A DNA stretch of 57,379 nucleotides, filler included, from Sphacelaria rigidula (taxonomy: Eukaryota): NCBI GenBank assembly GCA_964200075.2. It is 4 parts of 4 records of this genome, joined end to end, with 100 filler letters (N's around TTAATTAATTAA, not from the genome) between each part and the next. Parts side by side here need not be neighbours in the genome. Positions count along the whole stretch, not along the records: positions 43,113 to 57,379 come from CAXNAA020002347.1; 3 more parts are not named here. One strand, given 5' to 3'. This document shows, one piece after another, positions 51,098-57,379 of the stretch; position 1 is the first letter of the stretch, and each line of letters begins with the position of its first letter. The notes under the pieces were generated by a model. The model worked only from the letters and a program-made list of their open reading frames with translations, did not search any database and had not been told where the DNA came from. Made by a program: the position numbers and the translations under genes.

Positions 51098-51425
51098 CCT
51101 TCTTTCCACCGCCTGTTGCGCCAGCCTCCTCCGATCCCTTACCACCGTTATCACTCCCACCACCCTTCCATCCCCAGAAATCCCGCTGTTGGAGATAGAA
51201 TACCTGCAGCGCTACCGGTTGCTGCTGTTTACCACCGCCGCCCAAGACCAAGCCATCGGTGTGCCTACTGCCGAGAAGGTGCTGTCTTGAAAATCGTCCG
51301 CCGCAGATAGCTGGTGATGCTCGACTGCTGCTGCTAGCTATGGTTGTTGCTGAACGCGAGGAGCAACTGCTGCTTCTGAGCAGCAGAGCACGGGAACTTC
51401 GGGTCAGCACGGAGGATAACACCAT
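51098..51425 (-). CDS. First exon of an unidentified protein with a mitochondrial-type presequence
   Basis: ATG at 51425. MVLSSVLTRSSRALLLRSSSCSSRS is Ser/Arg/Leu-rich and acid-free. A strong donor G|GTGAGT lies at 51098/51097. Downstream exons were not identified. Confidence 0.6.
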
Positions 51426-52007
51426 GCCCCCAAGATGCAGTGTGGAACAGTCAACTACTCAGAGGTGTGGGGCTGTAGCAACAAGCACAACAAGTCGCCA
51501 CAAGCCTTGGTTTTCCTTCATATTTGCCTGTTTATTGAAAACCCGTAGCCGAATCGTAATAATAGAGCTCAAAACAAGTTGAGGAAAACCCAAAGAATGC
51601 GGATATCATCGTTGATGAACGGACATGCATAGAGTGTCAATTATACTTGTCACCCATACAGCACTTGTTGAGTCCTTCTGACAGAAGCTGTCCGTGGAAA
51701 TTCGGACAAGCGAGGAAGACAGACCTGGAGAAAAGTGGATAATGACTCTTTTATTAACGTTTGTGACAGAATAGTCATCATGTGCGTGTTCTTCAGCCGG
51801 GCCGACGGTTAGGGGTACGGGACAGAGGGTACTCCGTAATCCAATCAAGTAAGTGGCCATTCAACACCCTCGCCTTCTGAGAAGTAACTCCAGACACCCC
51901 AGTTTCATATCACCGAATCAACAGCAGACAATATAGTACACCCGTGACACGCCCTGCAAGCGCCTGGGGACAGCACTATCTGTACTATCTGTAGTACAAG
52001 AACAATC

Positions 52008-52636
52008 ATGAACACTCATGATCAACATCGACGGCAACAACGAAGACAGCGAAAGCGGCAACAGCGGCAGCAACAGGCATCCGGGACCAGCATCATGTTG
52101 ATCGCAGTAGTGTCGCTCTTACTTTTTATTGCTGTTCCGAATTCAAACGCCTTCGTTGCTGTGCGCTTGTTGTCACCGCAACATCCGGGATACGGTAGAT
52201 CGACGACTGTTGGCGGTGAGTTTGGGGCTGACAACCGAAGGTTCAACATCAACATCGTCACCATGGCTACCGCACCAGCAGAGGTGGTCGTAGTGGGATC
52301 CTGTAACACAGACCTGGTAGCGTACACGGCGCGGCTTCCCAACCGCGGTAAGTTGCGGCAGCAGAGGGTGGCATAGGGCTGGTCTTGACTAGTGTTTGGC
52401 AAATCGATGTGCTGAATTAGGTGCTACAGAGCACCTCATCGTACGTGAGAAACATGCCAGCGTTCCGAAGAACTGTCACCACTACAGTGTGCAGAAACAG
52501 CGCCCAAGTGCTCGCTGTTGTTTTCATCATGATCCTGACGGATGGCGACCTCCTTTGCTACTACTTGGCACTGTCAGGCGAGACGGTAACGGGGAGCCGT
52601 TCTGAAACTCTTCACGGAGGGAAAGGAGCGAATCAG
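52008..52636 (+). CDS. RBKS: Ribokinase (PfkB family), 5' two exons, with bipartite plastid-type presequence
   Basis: Exons 52008-52347 and 52578-52636 give EVVVVGSCNTDLVAYTARLPNRG|ETVTGSRSETLHGGKGANQ, the ribokinase N-terminus and the start of PfkB signature 1. The upstream MLIAVVSLLLFIAVPNSNA-FVA is a signal peptide followed by an AF motif. Confidence 0.92.
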
Positions 52637-52958
52637 GTCAGGCCAACCGTCTACAGATCGTGATTTTTCCGTTTCAAAAGTTCCAATGTCCGAATTTCAA
52701 AATATGAGTTTGGCAACCAGCTGGTGTACTGTACACGGTACCGTAGTGGTGCTCTGCCAATTGTGAGACCGCTTCTTGGACCAAATTGTATGGCAACCAA
52801 TCCGTATTTGTACAAATATGAGGATTTCAGCTCGTGTAAATCCGATTTTCTCCCGTGGATTGATTTCTCGGACCCCAGTCCGTTGGGCAATGCTTTCCGC
52901 CTAGCTCTCAGGGAACGAGATCAATTATCCGATCCTCTGGGTGCTGACTTTTGGTTTA

Positions 52959-54778
52959 GGGCAACATACAAAAAAGGGTACAGCCTTGTGCTTTTGGAGC
53001 AAAAAAGGGTAGCGCATTTTTCGCTCTGGAGCGCGGCGCTTGACGCTGGCTCAACACCTCGAAAACACGTTCCAGCGCCCCAGCCCCACGCCCAAGGTGT
53101 TTGGGCAGCATACCCGACCATTTTTTTCACTTTCACAAGTGTTACTGAGCCGAACTACCGCGCCGAAAATGAGAGCCTGTGAGAGTACCCTTTTTTGTAA
53201 GCAAAACAGAAGGGTACACCCTGCCCTCTGCTAAATATATATGTCTACCCTTTTTTGTTCTACTGTTGTCCCTTTTCTGTCAAGTGGTGGCCCTTTTTTG
53301 TGAAGTGGTGACCGTACCGCCGTCTCAGCGCAAGTTACGCCGAGCAGTCACAACCATAGCCATTTTCGGCAAAACTACACCCTGCCAAAAAAGGCCGAAC
53401 CCCAACGACCAGAAGAGTGAGCCCCCCTGTTGGTTGGCCCGAAGACCCGGAAGATCCAACGATGCATACAGGTCCCTTGTGGGCCGGACCTCACGAAGAT
53501 CCAACGAACAGCGGTGAACATCTTGCCGGCACACCAGCCCGAACGGCATCATGCGGAGACAATATCAGACCGTTGCCGAATCTACAATTTGGCGCTCGGA
53601 AACGGAGATGGACACCGACCGGATTCAGGATTGGAGCAAGAACGCCTGAATCCAACGCCGCAGACTGTACAATCAGCTGTCTTCCTCTGATCGCAAAACA
53701 CGCACCCTCCCGACCACAACTCGAAATACCCGAAGCTGTGAGACCGACGCGCTACAACCCAAGCAACACGTACAGAAAACCTTCAGATTATCATTAGCAG
53801 CAAAGGTCAACACGCTTCACCGCCGCGGAGTAATGACAATGCCCCCCACGAACGGTGTTATGCTGCAAGCCGGCGCCGATCATTCACCAAACAGCAAATT
53901 GTTTACCTCGGCCCACTCCCACAGAAAAGGAGTTTCACCGGCTCTGAGTATCGATACTTTATAAAAGGGTCACAGACGTGGGCCAGATCTGTGCAGTCGC
54001 ATGCACTGCCTCGTGTACAAAGTCAAACGTCGACTATTCCGTTGTCCATGTATGTTGTATTTTCCAACCCGGTTTACCCTGTGCGCATTCTACATGCAGT
54101 TATGCAGGACGAAGTCTAGTGAGCGTACCGTATGCACAAGCTTGACTCTTGTCAACGCAGACGCGCCTCTCATAGGGTCAGATGGACGATGCTGCATCTG
54201 GGTTTCATAACAGTCATTTCATCACTGCACAGGTGCCTTTTCTTCGAAAGCATGTGGGTATATACATCAGGCATGTGTGTGCGCACCCGTTCTTGCTCCA
54301 ATCCTGAATCCGGCCGGTGTCCATCTCCGTTTCCGAGCGCCAAATTGTAGATTCGGCAACGGTCTGATATTGTCTCCGCATGATGCCGTTCGGGCTGGTG
54401 TGCCGGCAAGATTTTCACCGCTGTTCGTTGGATCTTCGTGAGGTCCGGCACACAAGGGACCTGTATGCATCGTTGGATCTTCCGGGTCTTCGGGCCAACC
54501 AACAGGGGGGCTCACTCTTCTGGTCGTTGGGGTTCGGCCTTTTTTGGCAGGGTGTAGTTTTGCCGAAAATGGCTATGGTTGTGACTGCTCGGCGTAACTT
54601 GCGCTGAGACGGCGGTACGGTCACCACTTCACAAAAAAGGGCCACCACTTGACAGAAAAGGGACAACAGTAGAACGAAAAAGGGTAGACATATATTTTTA
54701 GCAGAGGGCAGGGTGTACCCTTCTGTTTTGCTTACAAAAAAGGGTACTCTCACAGGCTCTCATTTTCGGCGCGGTAGT
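52959..54778. mobile_element. Foldback/MULE-like element with near-identical 491-bp inverted arms in ribokinase intron 2
   Basis: 53154-53644 is the reverse complement of 54288-54778, with about five mismatches by eye and a 643-bp spacer. The left arm extends a further ~195 bp (52959-53153), homologous to 34337-34530. Confidence 0.88.
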
Positions 54779-57379
54779 GCATTCCACGGTTGCTGTAGTA
54801 CAGTCAGTAGGCTCTTATCCTCTCGGGTGCTCTGCTGCCGACACTACATCGTAGTCAGTAGTGTGCTTTCTGCGATAGCGCTTGCTTTGACTCTCTGCTG
54901 CGGTGTGTTCCAGCACTGAACCACGGCATTTGCGAAATGTTCAAATTGACGGTTATTCTGTGCAGACTGGCTATGTTATGGTGTCTGTTTCACCATTTTC
55001 GCGCCATGATACATGTTTTTGGTAGGCTTTTTAGATCCTAAACCCACCCGAGAATGCCAGTTTTATGTGCTCTATTTCTTCCCCCGTAACCTTCGGTCGT
55101 ACACACAACACCATTATGCAGCGCTTCGAAAGCACTCCCTGCGCCGCATATACCCTAGCTTACGGAGTGTATCACACGGGGCGATGAAAAAACCAACCCA
55201 TATGTTCTCGTGACGTGGGGTGACTGCACCGAAGAAAGTTCGTTTTATAAAAATATCCCGTTCATATATCACGGTAAACGTCCTCTTTCATCTCGGATCG
55301 GATCACCTCTTAGGGCCGTTCTGAACGACGGGTATGCTCGTGGAGACTTTGCAGCACCTTTCTATTCTTCACCTGTGAAATGGAAAAAAACCCCGACAGG
55401 TCTATGCTGAACGTTCAGGACTCTCGTCCACATTCCGCATATCACACACCGTGTCATGCCAGTGGCACAAGCGCCCAATAACACCATGGTTACCCTCAAG
55501 AATATATTAATCGTGTCTATACAGTGTCGTCATCGAGTGTGCAGTACTGGGACTGTGCGTGCCCCAAACTGCATGAACAAGCACCACTGCTGTTTTTAAG
55601 GGGTTTACGTTTTGTAATTCTGAAATGAGAAGGAAAATAGTTAACCGGTTGAAAGATCCAGTGAACTGGATATCGAACACTTGAACCAATTACAGTCATC
55701 AGTTAATACCGGATAGCTGGAGGCGCAGCCACCGGCCGCGGCGAAGGCGCTCCGCGACTCCACCAGCATTCCCGGGTTGAAGCAAAGCGGCGGAGTCGCG
55801 CTGACGCTCCCTCCCCCGCAGCTGGTGAGGGGCCTCTGTCGGAGGCAGGGAAAACACGCCACTTAGTTTGCAGATCTCTTCATGTTGAAAATCTAGCCTG
55901 TTCGTGATGCACTCCGAGCACGCGGTCGGTGCGAAACGGCAAATAGTACATAGCAAGTCCACATCGCTGCCGTCGCTGCGGTCATCTGAGCTGCTTCTGC
56001 TTATATTGTGATTCTGTGTGCTGTGTGCGACCTTCGTGCGCGTCCATATCTACGGGTGTATCATGGCTTACTGGCAACTCTCAAGGAGCATGACAATGTA
56101 TTACTATAGAGGTGACGATTGGAGCATGTAGCAGACACATGTATAGGGGGAAATATCTAATCCCACTGAAAGTGAAGCGGATAATATATCCAGTTACGTC
56201 AGTTAACTGAAACTGACTCGATGAATTGGTAGCCAGTTTGTAGCTCAACTTCTTAGGAGAACGAAAAGGTTGATTAAACATAACAAGAGGGCCAGGCGGA
56301 TTATGCTAGCTCGGTGCGAGAGAGCTCGACTGTCGTGACAGGATTCTGGCACATTTTATCTTTTGACGGTGCACGCTGTTTGACTTTGGGCTGAGAAACG
56401 ATCGGTACAAAACAAGGTCAATGACGACACACGCCAATTCCTGGTCTGGACGACCGAGGCGGGTTTACCGCAGTTCGGCGCATGTAGGCAATGATTGACA
56501 CATACGTTGACTTCGCCAAACGATTACCCCGATCCCAACCCCGACCCCAACCCAACCCAAATAAGACCGAGAAACCTCTGGTACCGGTAAGAGGGGGTTG
56601 TAGAGGCAAAACTTTGCTTTGTTTCGGCTCGAAGCAGCGCCTGAGGCGTCGATTTGAACGAAAACACGTGCTGCGCACACCCCGCGCACGCTGGTCGAGC
56701 GCCCGCGATTGCGAACCCTGTGAAGGTCCGAATATAGGGATCCACACTAAAAACAAGGACATGATCATCCATCGCTTATTTGCGTCGAGCTGGAGGTGAA
56801 TTCTACTGCTCCACCTCCACCAAATGCCCGCACAAAATAAATTTCATACTAGTGTGTTCCATACTGTCGTAACGAAGTTCGCACTCCCGCTCTGTACTCG
56901 AGTGGTTTATTACACTTACTACTTACTACACACGTATTTATTCCCGCCAATTGAGGTGGTAGGTAGCATCGTTAACCACATAACATTTTCTCAAACCGTG
57001 TCCGGCCACCGCGGCTGGGATTGGAGGCTTCATCAGCTTCCCTTTACGGTGGCATCCTTTGCAGCATGTGTTGTCTTGCCCCAGCGATCCACTCCGAGGT
57101 ATTTCTTCCACCTCACATAAAAACTAAGTATACATACCACACACTGAAAGCAAGTCATTATCCGATTGTACACTAAAATCAAGTGAAACAATTTGAATCA
57201 ACTCACGTAGTTGTCAACGCTCGTTCCCCCTTCCTGTCGTTGCTCCGTCTCGAAAGGGATGCGTGGTCAATGGTCACACGACTAATGCAAGCAACAAATC
57301 AGTACCCCCCCCCCCCCCCCCCCCCCCCCCCACCCCCTCCCCCCCGGCGAACTCCCCTCACCCATTCTTTTTTTTTTTC

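Noticed and set aside
51098..51425. Naming this exon as a specific mitochondrial protein (e.g. Lon protease)
   Set aside because: Only a presequence and a Gly-rich linker are visible, with no diagnostic domain.
53179..54753. Pairs of near-identical ORFs on opposite strands (53179-53517 and 54415-54753, etc.)
   Set aside because: By-products of the inverted repeat. The frames are not preserved in the related copy at 34337-36286.

Overview
Eukaryotic, intron-rich, repeat-rich DNA. GT-AG introns, a bipartite signal-plus-AF plastid presequence and TTAGGG repeats point to a stramenopile, most likely a brown alga (inference). The window is not one locus. It is four separate contigs (1-14272, 14373-28642, 28743-43012, 43113-57379; lengths 14272, 14270, 14270, 14267) joined in size order by an artificial 44N-TTAATTAATTAA-44N linker. 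Genes spliced by hand: a complete six-exon V-ATPase subunit D gene head-to-head with a 5'-partial RPL27; a large low-complexity/polyQ protein with an IQ-like motif and a GC-AG intron, head-to-head with an ankyrin-repeat gene; the 3' half of an IAH1-like SGNH/GDSL esterase; the 3' part of a Cys-rich membrane protein; and a probably plastid-targeted ribokinase head-to-head with a probably mitochondrial protein. The rest is dominated by non-autonomous transposons: a long-arm foldback family (one copy with two nested insertions, one near-perfect 491-bp hairpin in the ribokinase intron), a hAT-like element with ACGT arrays and a coding-like cargo, PIF/Harbinger-like elements, poly-C/poly-G MITEs and tRNA-derived SINEs. 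I found no convincing evidence of a new multi-gene system. The best leads are the intronic hairpins, the foldback family and the cargo-carrying elements.
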